DNA of 35,176 nucleotides from a virus (taxonomy: Duplodnaviria; Caudoviricetes), in IMG/VR virus record IMGVR_UViG_3300032303_001287, positions 1-35,176 of that record. One strand, 5' to 3'. This document shows, in pieces, positions 1-8,480 of this stretch. Position 1 is the first letter of the stretch. Each line of letters starts with the position of its first letter. The notes beneath the pieces were generated by a model. That model did not search any database. It had not been told where the DNA came from and was given only the letters and a program-made list of their open reading frames with translations. A program made the translations under genes and the position numbers.

Positions 1-2
1 CA

Positions 3-266
3 ACAATAGGAACAGCCTGCAGGTCGTTCTCCTGCTAGCATTTGTTGTCTTTGTTTGATCTTTTCTTCTGTGTTGTGCAGTGCTGCTGGATTGTCTGCTA
101 GACTATCAGCATCTATTTCGTGCAATGGTGGATGATAACAAGAATTTGTGAGTCCTGTGGGCAGATGCAAGGAAACTTGATTCCATTTGGCCAGACACAT
201 GGTTGGACTTATTCTTTCTAATTCTTTTTTTGCCTCATCGGCTGATGTTTTATAAACACTACTCAC
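3..266 (-). CDS. Twitch/SPASM-domain radical SAM protein, N-terminal part (runs off the window start)
   Basis: Not in the ORF track; translated by hand from GTG at 266: MSSVYKTSADEAKKELERISPTMCLAKWNQVSLHLPTGLTNSCYHPPLHEI...ALHNTEEKIKQRQQMLAGERPAGCSYC. The C-x-A-K-W...SC-x-H-P...R-x-x-M-L-x-G-E-R-P-x-x-C-x-Y-C pattern is that of N-terminal twitch-domain radical SAM proteins. The start overlaps the upstream stop. The radical SAM core itself lies outside the window. Confidence 0.8.
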   Translation of the reverse strand, partial: MSSVYKTSADEAKKELERISPTMCLAKWNQVSLHLPTGLTNSCYHPPLHEIDADSLADNPAALHNTEEKIKQRQQMLAGERPAGCSYC

Positions 267-1149
267 GATCCTGCACTCCTTTATTTCTATGTGGTGTTTG
301 ACAGAATTTGTAAAAGCGACTCTGTTCTGCATCTAGATCTGCCACGGGCAATCCCAATCTCTGTCTCAGACTGTTGCCATATGAATGCATGTCTGATTCT
401 ATGTCCATCATCATGCGAGAGAATTTATCTCTCATGAATTCTAAATCGCTTACCAGTGTAACGTCATAGTTTGAGTCCAGTGAGGCCATATAGCAGCCGC
501 GGCGAGCACCCAGTATAGCCCATTGCCCATTGTCTGTGTCAGCGCCCACACTCATCCATGTGAGTAAAGTTCTTAAATTGATTGGTTGTATAGTTTGCAT
601 GAATTCTTCTGGTTTTACTTTTTGTCCTCGATCTAGACTCATTTTTACACCTTCTCTGTATCCAGCAATAAAAGCCTGTTCAGGGGTGTGATTAATATGT
701 GTTGTGGAATAGACATTATGTAGATTCTCATGTGGCACAGTCCAACAGAAGTCTATTTTGGCTTGTTCATGTTCTGCATTCTCATGTGTTTTCATTTCTA
801 GACAGGTCTTGCGAGGCCATCCCACAATGCCTCCATTGCCATATATCAATCCATTGATACTGTTCTTTGCTCTCCATCTATGCACGGCAGCAGGATTAGT
901 TTTGGTCCAATCCAGCGTCTGTAATAGGAAAGCGGGATCTATTCTATTGTCTCCATCAACAGATATAAAGAAATCTGTTTCTGCCTTTTCGGCAGCGGCT
1001 TTGTGAGCATTGTCAAAACCTCTTACTCCATGCACTCGTTTCGCCCATGGCACTATGTTCAACAGATCAGCATAGTTCTCATCAGCATTGGGTTCACGAT
1101 AACTGATGAACACAAAATCTAAATCAGTTACTCGGATGGTGTTTGCCAT
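259..1149 (-). CDS. Putative GT-A fold glycosyltransferase-like protein
   Basis: Track ORF 259..1182. The start is more likely the ATG at 1149 (MANTIRV), preceded by SD AAGGAGGT. It has an N-terminal strand DFVFISY, then AHKAAAEKAETDFFISVDGDN, the typical GT-A 'helix / strand / DxD' arrangement. Confidence 0.65.
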   Translation of the reverse strand: MANTIRVTDLDFVFISYREPNADENYADLLNIVPWAKRVHGVRGFDNAHKAAAEKAETDFFISVDGDNRIDPAFLLQTLDWTKTNPAAVHRWRAKNSINGLIYGNGGIVGWPRKTCLEMKTHENAEHEQAKIDFCWTVPHENLHNVYSTTHINHTPEQAFIAGYREGVKMSLDRGQKVKPEEFMQTIQPINLRTLLTWMSVGADTDNGQWAILGARRGCYMASLDSNYDVTLVSDLEFMRDKFSRMMMDIESDMHSYGNSLRQRLGLPVADLDAEQSRFYKFCQTPHRNKGVQDRE

Positions 1150-1469
1150 GTGTAACCTCCTTCCGCTATAGCTGTGGGCCAATAAGGATCTGAATCGAGA
1201 AAAATTAGTCCTTCTTTAGATTTTTTAAGAATATTATATAATCGTTTATTTGTCGCTGGTGGTTTTCTAGTTATTTTTCCATTTTCAAAGTAGAAATGTT
1301 GATGTCCTTCTTTCATTAGCCGCACATAATCTTCTTTGTCTACTGATACGTGATTGTCTCCAGCGGTTGTTGCCAAACATTCAATCTCTCGATTGTTGAC
1401 CACTATGTAGTAGGTTGGATTAAAAGTTTGTGGTTTGAAATCTTTCAATGCTTTAAAAAGTTCTTGCAT
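1128..1469 (-). CDS. Hypothetical protein (113 aa)
   Basis: Preceded by SD GGAGGT; overlaps both neighbours inside the GT cluster; no recognisable motif. Confidence 0.75.
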   Translation of the reverse strand: MQELFKALKDFKPQTFNPTYYIVVNNREIECLATTAGDNHVSVDKEDYVRLMKEGHQHFYFENGKITRKPPATNKRLYNILKKSKEGLIFLDSDPYWPTAIAEGGYTWQTPSE

Positions 1470-2256
1470 TCAGCACCTCCGGGATATTCTTATCATGATA
1501 ATGCCACACCTGAGTCAATCGCTGACCTCCTAGATAGAGCCTATCCTCCAGACGCACAGGATAAAGATAGTTGTCACAGTCAGCTATGGGTGAAAGATTT
1601 ATGGCTGGCTTGCCATGTATAAATTTAAACCATGGGTAGTCTATAAGCTGTTCCTGCGTGGGATCCATTATTCTATATGCTAGAGCATAGATCACATCTG
1701 TGGTAGGATACTCATCATGACAATTGATCAGCAAATTATCTCTCACTTGGGACCAATTCTCTGACAATTGCTGACATAGAGAGAAAAATTTCTTGGCTCT
1801 TTGGCTCCTTCTAAAATAAGTTAATCCATTATAAATGTTAGGTAGATTATTCTGTACAAATAATTTTCTATAGGTTGTATCCGCTACTATTTGATCGCGA
1901 TAGTTTAAGCAGTTTACGGAAAAAATTAAATCATGCTGCCATAGATAATTCCACCACCAATCAGTATTGCTGTTCCATAACATGTCTGCTTCCAGTTTAA
2001 TGGAATGAGTGAATGGTGATAAAACAAACGCTTGATATTCATTGGCAAATTTCTGTGCATCATTAATCGAAAGATCTTTGGGTAATACTCTAACCATATC
2101 CACATATGGACTTTCAAAAATAGATTGCTCATCTACCAGCACACAGATGTTGTTCTCTTGATTGTGCTGTTTGATTGAGCGAGCTAATTCTATGCTGCAT
2201 TTTACATAGTTTGTTGCTTCGGTGTTCTGACAAAGCCAAATAAATCCTTTAGACAT
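1453..2256 (-). CDS. GT8-like (GT-A) glycosyltransferase, paralog of 2249..2998
   Basis: NYVKCSIELARSIK, SPFTHSIKLEADML (EAD in place of DxD), YNGLTYFRRS and TDVIYALA follow the GT8/glycogenin-like layout. Confidence 0.7.
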   Translation of the reverse strand: MSKGFIWLCQNTEATNYVKCSIELARSIKQHNQENNICVLVDEQSIFESPYVDMVRVLPKDLSINDAQKFANEYQAFVLSPFTHSIKLEADMLWNSNTDWWWNYLWQHDLIFSVNCLNYRDQIVADTTYRKLFVQNNLPNIYNGLTYFRRSQRAKKFFSLCQQLSENWSQVRDNLLINCHDEYPTTDVIYALAYRIMDPTQEQLIDYPWFKFIHGKPAINLSPIADCDNYLYPVRLEDRLYLGGQRLTQVWHYHDKNIPEVLNARTF

Positions 2257-2998
2257 TCACAAATCCTTTATTGAGCACGTGAAGATCTTGATTATCAATG
2301 CGATTGATTTTGTCTTGATAACGATAATTTAAACCAGTGTTGTTGTATGACAGCACTGTGCAATCATGTGGTAGAGTTGCCATGGAATCTGGAATAATAT
2401 CATAAGCATGATGTCCATTACACTGATTGAGAGCAATGGCAAATGCATAATCATTCCTGAAATTTCGATAATCAATCCTGTAAAGATTGCAAAAATGTTG
2501 ATAATGCACTTTCACTAATTTTACAGTGTCAAAAATCTTTCTCACTTGATCTGTTTTTCTAAATATCAACACCGTGGCCCATACCAATGGCAGCATGGAC
2601 TTGCGTTCATAGGTTAGTGCCTGTCGATAACTCACGTCATGGGCAGCAGAATGTATTAAAAAATCGTGTGCAGTCTCGGTATATTGCAGTAATTTTTTTG
2701 AGAAACAGAGATAGTCCACATCAATCACCGTGGTACAATCATAGGGCGAGTGGTCTATTGCCTCACATCTCTCAAGATTGTGCCATGGCAGTCCTAATTT
2801 GGTATTGTTTGTGTCATTTTTGATCACAATAAAATTTACATCAGGTGCATTGTGCCAACTGTCTAGAGTGGATTGATTGGTGACCACAGTTATGGGCAAA
2901 TCCAAATACTGTTTCGCTAGACCTATGCTGACATCAGCCACACGATGATACGCGACCTGATCAGTGTTGAAACAGTACATGAGCACACCCTTGTTCAT
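2249..2998 (-). CDS. GT8-like (GT-A) glycosyltransferase
   Basis: SPYDCTTVIDVDYL (DxD motif), WATVLIFRKT and RNDYAFAIA; collinear with 1453..2256; SD AAGGA. Confidence 0.72.
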   Translation of the reverse strand: MNKGVLMYCFNTDQVAYHRVADVSIGLAKQYLDLPITVVTNQSTLDSWHNAPDVNFIVIKNDTNNTKLGLPWHNLERCEAIDHSPYDCTTVIDVDYLCFSKKLLQYTETAHDFLIHSAAHDVSYRQALTYERKSMLPLVWATVLIFRKTDQVRKIFDTVKLVKVHYQHFCNLYRIDYRNFRNDYAFAIALNQCNGHHAYDIIPDSMATLPHDCTVLSYNNTGLNYRYQDKINRIDNQDLHVLNKGFVNV

Positions 2999-2999
2999 G

Positions 3000-3317
3000 C
3001 TAGTCCTTTAGTGATTTTAAAGATTGATAGGTTTGATAATAGGTGTTCAGTGCTGATTGTTGTCGCTGTATCAGCAGATCGAGGAATTCTTTGGGATTGT
3101 CTATCTTTACCGGATTAGAGTTGCTGTCTAAAATAAAGAAATAGTCCTGGTATTCCATTAGTGCTCGCACCGTGGCTATGGTCACGGCATCGGCTCTGAA
3201 TATGTGATCCTGATACACAGTGATCAGCTCAGATTCTGCCCGGGCCAGTAGATTTTTTTTGGCCACTGCTCGATCAAAACTGAGATCTGAATGACGTTTA
3301 AGTTCAGATATGTCCAT
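3000..3317 (-). CDS. Hypothetical phage protein (105 aa), possibly fibre-assembly/DUF4376-like
   Basis: Intact ORF between the fibre and GT genes. FRADAVT...ILDSNSNPVKI loosely recalls DUF4376-type fibre accessory proteins; function is weak inference. Confidence 0.7.
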   Translation of the reverse strand: MDISELKRHSDLSFDRAVAKKNLLARAESELITVYQDHIFRADAVTIATVRALMEYQDYFFILDSNSNPVKIDNPKEFLDLLIQRQQSALNTYYQTYQSLKSLKD

Positions 3318-3323
3318 TCCACA

Positions 3324-3352
3324 ATTATAACTTAATTATGTGGCAAAATCAA
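3324..3352 (-). promoter_or_regulatory. Sigma70-like promoter TTGATT-N17-TATAAT, containing a late-like CATAATTA
   Basis: Minus strand reads TTGATT (3352-3347), a 17-nt spacer, TATAAT (3329-3324), then 6 nt to the ATG at 3317. Confidence 0.55.
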
Positions 3353-3372
3353 CCTGGTAAAATATTATTATA

Positions 3373-4350
3373 CTATGCTATGCCATTAGATACTGTAGCA
3401 GTACTAGACTCATTGTACACTGTGGCAAGACCTTCTGTGGTATTAGGTCTCACTGCATACAGAGTAGTGATCATCTTAGGAGTGTCTTTGATCCCTACAG
3501 GAAGAGTAATTCCGTCGTATTGAGTATCCGCTGCTCCATCAAAAGCAAACATTTTAATTGTCATAGTTACAGCTGAACCTACAGCCGCATCTAATTTAGC
3601 AGATATCTCTATATAATTAGATGTATAGTTGGTATTGTCTGAAGTTAGTCTTAATATAACAGTGTAACCTGTAGTTAAATCATGAAAACCATTCGCTAGA
3701 CCATTAGTGGTTTGAACTTCTCCTGAGCCTGAACGTGTGGAAACTTGAGCTCCAATATCTAGATTGCCGATGGCAGTGCCCAGATCTTTGAATGCTGTGT
3801 CTTTGCCCTGCTCTGTGGTTTGTGTTGTGCCCACTGTGATTCTCACTTTGCCACCTTGATTGAAGAACCATCTCATAGCGTTGGCTGATGCCCAAGTGAT
3901 ACTAACTTCTTGAGTGGCTGATGTATCCCAACCTTCTGCTGCTGTGGTCACTGTCTGTAGAGCTGTTGAAGTAGTCAATGCTGTAGCACCAGTACTGCCT
4001 CCGGCTACTGCCGTAGCTAAAGAGTTAAGATCTGTGGTCAGAGCTGATTTCAGTGCGATGACATCACCTGCTGATGCTGCCGTGGTGCTGGTCAGTGCTG
4101 TGACGTTGGTGTGATTCTGTATGTTGTTCATGAATGTGAACAGTGAATTCCATTGAGCTGCTGTGATAGTGTCTGCGGCGCCCACTGAATTTAATTGAGT
4201 TTGTCCCAGACCGTACTCACCTGTTCCTGTGCCTGCGATATGGTTGATTCCACGAGCTGCCACACCTGCATTGGGTGTGCCTGATGCTGTGTTGTTTAAT
4301 AGACCATTATAGTCACTGTTGGAAATTGTATCACGTACTGCATATGCCAT
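3373..4350 (-). CDS. Virion structural protein (tail fibre/collar-associated), T/A/G/S-rich
   Basis: 325 aa with beta-rich composition (MAY start, GTGEYGLGQ, TITAAQWNSL, MRWFFNQGG); directly follows a fibre gene; SD AGGAG. Confidence 0.65.
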   Translation of the reverse strand: MAYAVRDTISNSDYNGLLNNTASGTPNAGVAARGINHIAGTGTGEYGLGQTQLNSVGAADTITAAQWNSLFTFMNNIQNHTNVTALTSTTAASAGDVIALKSALTTDLNSLATAVAGGSTGATALTTSTALQTVTTAAEGWDTSATQEVSITWASANAMRWFFNQGGKVRITVGTTQTTEQGKDTAFKDLGTAIGNLDIGAQVSTRSGSGEVQTTNGLANGFHDLTTGYTVILRLTSDNTNYTSNYIEISAKLDAAVGSAVTMTIKMFAFDGAADTQYDGITLPVGIKDTPKMITTLYAVRPNTTEGLATVYNESSTATVSNGIA

Positions 4351-4351
4351 A

Positions 4352-5980
4352 TTACTTAACTCCTATCACACACTCTGTTAATTCTGTGTCTATATCATAT
4401 TTATCTCGCAGCAGTCTGCCCAGCACATTAAAAGCAGTGCATTGATCTAGTCCAACCACACGGGCTACTCCTGCCGTAGAGCTGCTAACGATGCGATCAC
4501 CCTTTTTGCCCTTGCCCTGTACTTTAACTCGCACTCGCCCCTGCAGTGCCACCATAGGATGGCTGTCATTATTACCCGCATCTTTGTTCATTAGGAACGC
4601 TGGTGCTTCGCTGATCACTCCAAAAACTCGTGAGTCTAATTCTTTGGTGCTTAAAGTTATCTCTCGATCTCCACCCAATATCACCACATCGCCTGCTTCC
4701 ATGGGTGCATCTGCTGCATAACGTTCTGCCAAATCCGCATACTGAGCAGTGGTTGATGTAGCATGCACTATGTTTGCTCTGATATCCACCAGTGTGGGTG
4801 CTGATAATTCTGTGCCACCTCCTGATTTGAATGCTGTCCATGCTCCACCAGCATTGCCATAGGTAGAGGTTCCATCATCGGCAAATGTTTCATCCCACAC
4901 CCAGTATAGATCCTGTTCTGTGGCAGTGGATGTCTCACCCCTGTTGACTTTCAATCCTGAATAGTTGGGCATGCCAGCTGCTGAGCTGATGTTCCTGTTC
5001 AATTCTATGATGTTGTCTTCTATGCTTAGAGTGGTGGTGTTGACCACAACTTGTGTGCCAGTCACTGTGAGAGTGCCGGACACTGTCAATTGAGGTATGG
5101 ACACTGATGCTGTGGCACCATCGATGCTCATCGCTGTGGTATCCGCCACGCCGCCCTGTTTGATGTTAAAATTAATGTCGCCATTGTTCACTGTGTTGGT
5201 GATAGTCAGATCATTGCTGGCCTGAGTTATGGTACTTTTGCTGGCAGTGCCAATGGCCACTCCGCTCACAAAAGTGATCAATCCTGCTGCTGTGTCTGTG
5301 ATGTCTGATCTTAAAAAATTATTCGCTGATACTTTTGCTGTTGCGGGATCTGTAACATTCAAGGCATCTGCTGCATCAGCTACTCCTTTGAATCTGGTGT
5401 CTCCATCTGTTGACAGAGTAATGCCTCTATAAACGGTTGCGAATCCTGTAATGGCCGTTTGAGGTGTGAATTGCTGATCACTGACAATGCCTACAACAGT
5501 GTCATTGGTGATGAATTTTAATATGCTCTTGTTCACTCCTGCGTTGTCTTTGATGGTTTCTGAAGAGACCTGGGTCACTCCCGATCCTGCCACTGCAGTG
5601 GGACCAATCAAAGTCCATGCTGTGCTGGAATACACATACAGTTGTGAGTTATTGGTGTCAAACCACATGTCGCCAGTGTTGGCGTTGGAGGGCTGAGATG
5701 CACTGGTTGTGCTGGATCCCACAGGTTTAAATTTGCTGCCATTCCACACTTTGATTTGATTGGCCAGTGTGTCATACCATAATTGGCCTTTGATCTTATT
5801 AGCCGGTGCCGTGGTGTTGGCAAAATTTTCTAACACTTTAACAAAGTTTTCGTTCAACCTCTCACCAAACCCTGCATAACCTTTGCCGAACAGTGCCAGA
5901 TCCGTGGTGGCAATGTCTACTGTGCCATCGCGCAGGGCAATTAGTTTTGTTCCATCGGTTTTGTTTATGGTATAGGCCAT
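4352..5980 (-). CDS. Tail fibre protein with C-terminal peptidase G2-like intramolecular chaperone domain (paralog 3)
   Basis: Shares the N-terminus MAYTINKT...GKGYAGFGE...LENF..T.AP...KGQLWYD with 8481 and 9957. Its C-terminus is AQYADLAERY...GDVV...GVISEAPAFLMN...VALQGRVRVKV.G...KGD. Confidence 0.8.
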   Translation of the reverse strand: MAYTINKTDGTKLIALRDGTVDIATTDLALFGKGYAGFGERLNENFVKVLENFANTTAPANKIKGQLWYDTLANQIKVWNGSKFKPVGSSTTSASQPSNANTGDMWFDTNNSQLYVYSSTAWTLIGPTAVAGSGVTQVSSETIKDNAGVNKSILKFITNDTVVGIVSDQQFTPQTAITGFATVYRGITLSTDGDTRFKGVADAADALNVTDPATAKVSANNFLRSDITDTAAGLITFVSGVAIGTASKSTITQASNDLTITNTVNNGDINFNIKQGGVADTTAMSIDGATASVSIPQLTVSGTLTVTGTQVVVNTTTLSIEDNIIELNRNISSAAGMPNYSGLKVNRGETSTATEQDLYWVWDETFADDGTSTYGNAGGAWTAFKSGGGTELSAPTLVDIRANIVHATSTTAQYADLAERYAADAPMEAGDVVILGGDREITLSTKELDSRVFGVISEAPAFLMNKDAGNNDSHPMVALQGRVRVKVQGKGKKGDRIVSSSTAGVARVVGLDQCTAFNVLGRLLRDKYDIDTELTECVIGVK

Positions 5981-5989
5981 GTTTCTTTC

Positions 5990-6169
5990 TTATTCGTCTC
6001 CGTTGTCTCTCACATGCACTAAAAAACTAACGTCTCCCAATAACTTGATCAGTATAGCTGCCAGCTCTGGTGTCAATGCTTGATCTATTTTAACCAAATC
6101 ATCTTCGGTTAACACAGTCTGATAGTTGGCGTTGATGTAATCCGCCACTTGTTGTTTTGTTGTTGCCAT
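5990..6169 (-). CDS. Small hypothetical protein (59 aa), below the ORF-track cutoff
   Basis: Hand translation MATTKQQVADYINANYQTVLTEDDLVKIDQALTPELAAILIKLLGDVSFLVHVRDNGDE*. Strong SD AAGGAG; fills the gap between its neighbours. Confidence 0.8.
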   Translation of the reverse strand: MATTKQQVADYINANYQTVLTEDDLVKIDQALTPELAAILIKLLGDVSFLVHVRDNGDE

Positions 6170-6188
6170 TGTTGTATCTCCTTATTAA

Positions 6189-7022
6189 TTATCTTATTTT
6201 TGCACTGTACATGGAAAGACATCTGTTAAATTTTTCTTCTATAAAAGGTCTAGCAATGGAGCCCAATACAAAACAAGCACTCTCTCCCACCGTTCTAACC
6301 ATTTTACCCAGTATATCACCTCTAGATCTTGCACCCGCTCTGTGAGCAATCTCATTGGCTCTGGCCTGAGCAATGATTCTAATTGCTTTTATAAACAGAG
6401 CATTGATATTGTTTCTATAATTTTTTTCCATATATTGTACCAGTGGCACTGCCCATAACCAATAACCTATTTTGGTATTGTCGCTCAAATATTGTACACT
6501 GAATTCTGTGTCAATTGCAAGATCTTCCGCAGAAAATAAACCATTATTCCTTAACCAAGTGCATACGACTCTACCGTTGGTATATTCTAGAGCTTCCAAC
6601 ATCTCCACAGTTTTTACCACTGCGGTGCTTTTATTGTTGTTTCTTAAGGCATCTAAAATATCTTTGACATATCTCTCATAATAACCTTTCCATATGCTTC
6701 TGTCATTTTGATGTATGCCTCTGATCTGTGTTACTATTTTTTCTGCTCGCACATAATATTCTACCATTTTATCTTCGTTAATATATTCTCTGAATGCTTG
6801 CAATAGAGCAAAATCGGCCTGTGCTGCTGCATTGTCTTCATCGGGTGTGAATGGTGTTGTTTTTGTCCTAGAAGGTAGATGATATGCTAGAATTGAATTA
6901 TAAAATATACAATTGTCTTCACGACTTAACAGTGTAGAGACACAGTGCTCTTCGTCTCCGTGCTCTTGACATTTGGCACAGGCCTGTCTATTGTGTAGAT
7001 ACTCTTCTACTGATATTCCCAT
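6189..7022 (-). CDS. Protein with a CFI-box-CTERM-like domain plus a second Cys-initiated helical domain
   Basis: Track ORF 6189..7067; likely start is 7022 (TAATG coupling to the upstream stop, SD AGGAG). CIFY...FALLQAFREYI...MVEYYVRAEKIV...IW..YYERYV resembles CFI-box-CTERM. GRVVCTWL...GYWLWAVPLVQYM resembles the C-terminus of 7022..8476. Confidence 0.6.
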   Translation of the reverse strand: MGISVEEYLHNRQACAKCQEHGDEEHCVSTLLSREDNCIFYNSILAYHLPSRTKTTPFTPDEDNAAAQADFALLQAFREYINEDKMVEYYVRAEKIVTQIRGIHQNDRSIWKGYYERYVKDILDALRNNNKSTAVVKTVEMLEALEYTNGRVVCTWLRNNGLFSAEDLAIDTEFSVQYLSDNTKIGYWLWAVPLVQYMEKNYRNNINALFIKAIRIIAQARANEIAHRAGARSRGDILGKMVRTVGESACFVLGSIARPFIEEKFNRCLSMYSAKIR

Positions 7023-8476
7023 TATTTCACTCCTGCTATCACGTATAATAATCCAAACATTGCCCACATGGCATAACCAATAGCTATATTTTTAGTAGGC
7101 TGGTTGGTGTGTTTAACAAATTTTCCTATAATTCTACTTACTGCAATACCTATATTCATTATGTATCTGCCTGCTCGATTGTCTTGTTTTAGCACTCCCA
7201 TTTTGTAAGCCATGTGCTGTGCCCATGGAGTGGCAATTCTTCTTGCCCATCTTACTGCCATATCTTTTTGTTGAGCATTTCTTTCAATTTTATCTTGGAT
7301 CCAAAACATACATTGTGGACCTTCATTGCTCATCCAATCCACAACCACTCGTGCCCATTTTAAATAGCCATAATAAGCATTGGGATCTGTCTGTCTTAAC
7401 CAGTGCCCAAACATTTCATCTGCTTGATAGATTTCATCGGATAGATAACCCAATTCGTGTAGTTTGGTACAGATAATTGAGCATCCTCCTCCACCGCCAC
7501 CTGTTCCACCCGATCCTGGCGTGCCTGATGATGCATTGCCTGTAGCATCTCCAAATCCTGCTGCTGTTGATGTAAAGTCCACTCCAGAATTGAATATGGC
7601 TTTCCATACACCATTTACTTTTGTGTATGCTGCGGTGATGTTTTTCCATGTGCCACTGTGTTTAAATTTTATACCTGTTATGCTCTTCCAACTGTTGGCA
7701 ATTTTTACTTTGGCTTCCACACTGATAGTGAATATTAATACTGCTTTACCGTTGCCTCCTGCCAGTGATCCCCCTGATCCTCCTGCTGCTATGCCTGTGT
7801 CATAATAGGCCGATCCTGTGCCACCTGGTGTGGTGCCTGAACCATTATTTTGTGTTCCACCGCCTGGTATTAGATTTGAGCCTGCATATCCTCCCGTGGC
7901 TCCATCGTCTCCTCCCGGTCCATCGCCACTTCTTCCGCCATCTGCTCCACCACCGCCTGCTCCTGCTCCTGCTCCGTCTCCCGAGTGGTCCGCTCCATTT
8001 TCTCCCAGTGTGCCTGGTGTGGCTACTGTAGGATCATTGGTATTGATTCCCACTGTTCCCACGCTGTTTAATCCGTCTCCACCTCCACCACCACCGCCTC
8101 CGGCTATGGCCATATCTGTGCCTGCCAGTTGTATAACTGTGGCACCTCCCCCACCACCACCATGTCCTGATGATCCGTTGGGTCCTTGTGTTCCACCTAT
8201 GCCGCCTGAATATCCTGTTAATCCTCTGCCATTACTTTTGCCTGCAGCTCCTCCGCCCACTCCCAATGATAATATCTGTCCTGATGCTCCTGTGAGATCT
8301 ATTGTGCCTGTGGCATAATGTCCCGCTGAACCAGATCTTCCTGGTCCTGCTCGATCTCCACCTCCACCACCACCACCGCCTCCCCAGATGTGAAATTCCA
8401 CAGAAGTCGCTCCAGCTGGTATAACGGTCTGCTGCTTAGTGCCTGTGTATGTGAATGTTTTTATTACTGTTGGCAT
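7022..8476 (-). CDS. Glycine-rich adhesin/receptor-binding-like protein with Cys-initiated C-terminal helical domain
   Basis: FTYTG...IPAG...WGGGGGGG start and many poly-Gly runs (polyglycine-II sandwich, as in T-even gp38-type adhesins). Triple xWK repeat (NSWKS, GTWKN, GVWKA), then a GGGGGG linker to CSIICT... and a hydrophobic C-terminus. Confidence 0.7.
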   Translation of the reverse strand: MPTVIKTFTYTGTKQQTVIPAGATSVEFHIWGGGGGGGGGDRAGPGRSGSAGHYATGTIDLTGASGQILSLGVGGGAAGKSNGRGLTGYSGGIGGTQGPNGSSGHGGGGGGATVIQLAGTDMAIAGGGGGGGGDGLNSVGTVGINTNDPTVATPGTLGENGADHSGDGAGAGAGGGGADGGRSGDGPGGDDGATGGYAGSNLIPGGGTQNNGSGTTPGGTGSAYYDTGIAAGGSGGSLAGGNGKAVLIFTISVEAKVKIANSWKSITGIKFKHSGTWKNITAAYTKVNGVWKAIFNSGVDFTSTAAGFGDATGNASSGTPGSGGTGGGGGGCSIICTKLHELGYLSDEIYQADEMFGHWLRQTDPNAYYGYLKWARVVVDWMSNEGPQCMFWIQDKIERNAQQKDMAVRWARRIATPWAQHMAYKMGVLKQDNRAGRYIMNIGIAVSRIIGKFVKHTNQPTKNIAIGYAMWAMFGLLYVIAGVK

Positions 8477-8480
8477 GGGA

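Noticed and set aside
7400-7500. GGGGGG-C junction resembling the start of an intein/Hint domain
   Set aside because: The downstream sequence is helical-looking and lacks Hint block B (TxxH) and the terminal HN.
7464-8318. Pro-rich plus-strand ORFs (7464..7805, 7818..8318)
   Set aside because: They are the antisense shadow of the poly-Gly codons of the adhesin gene.
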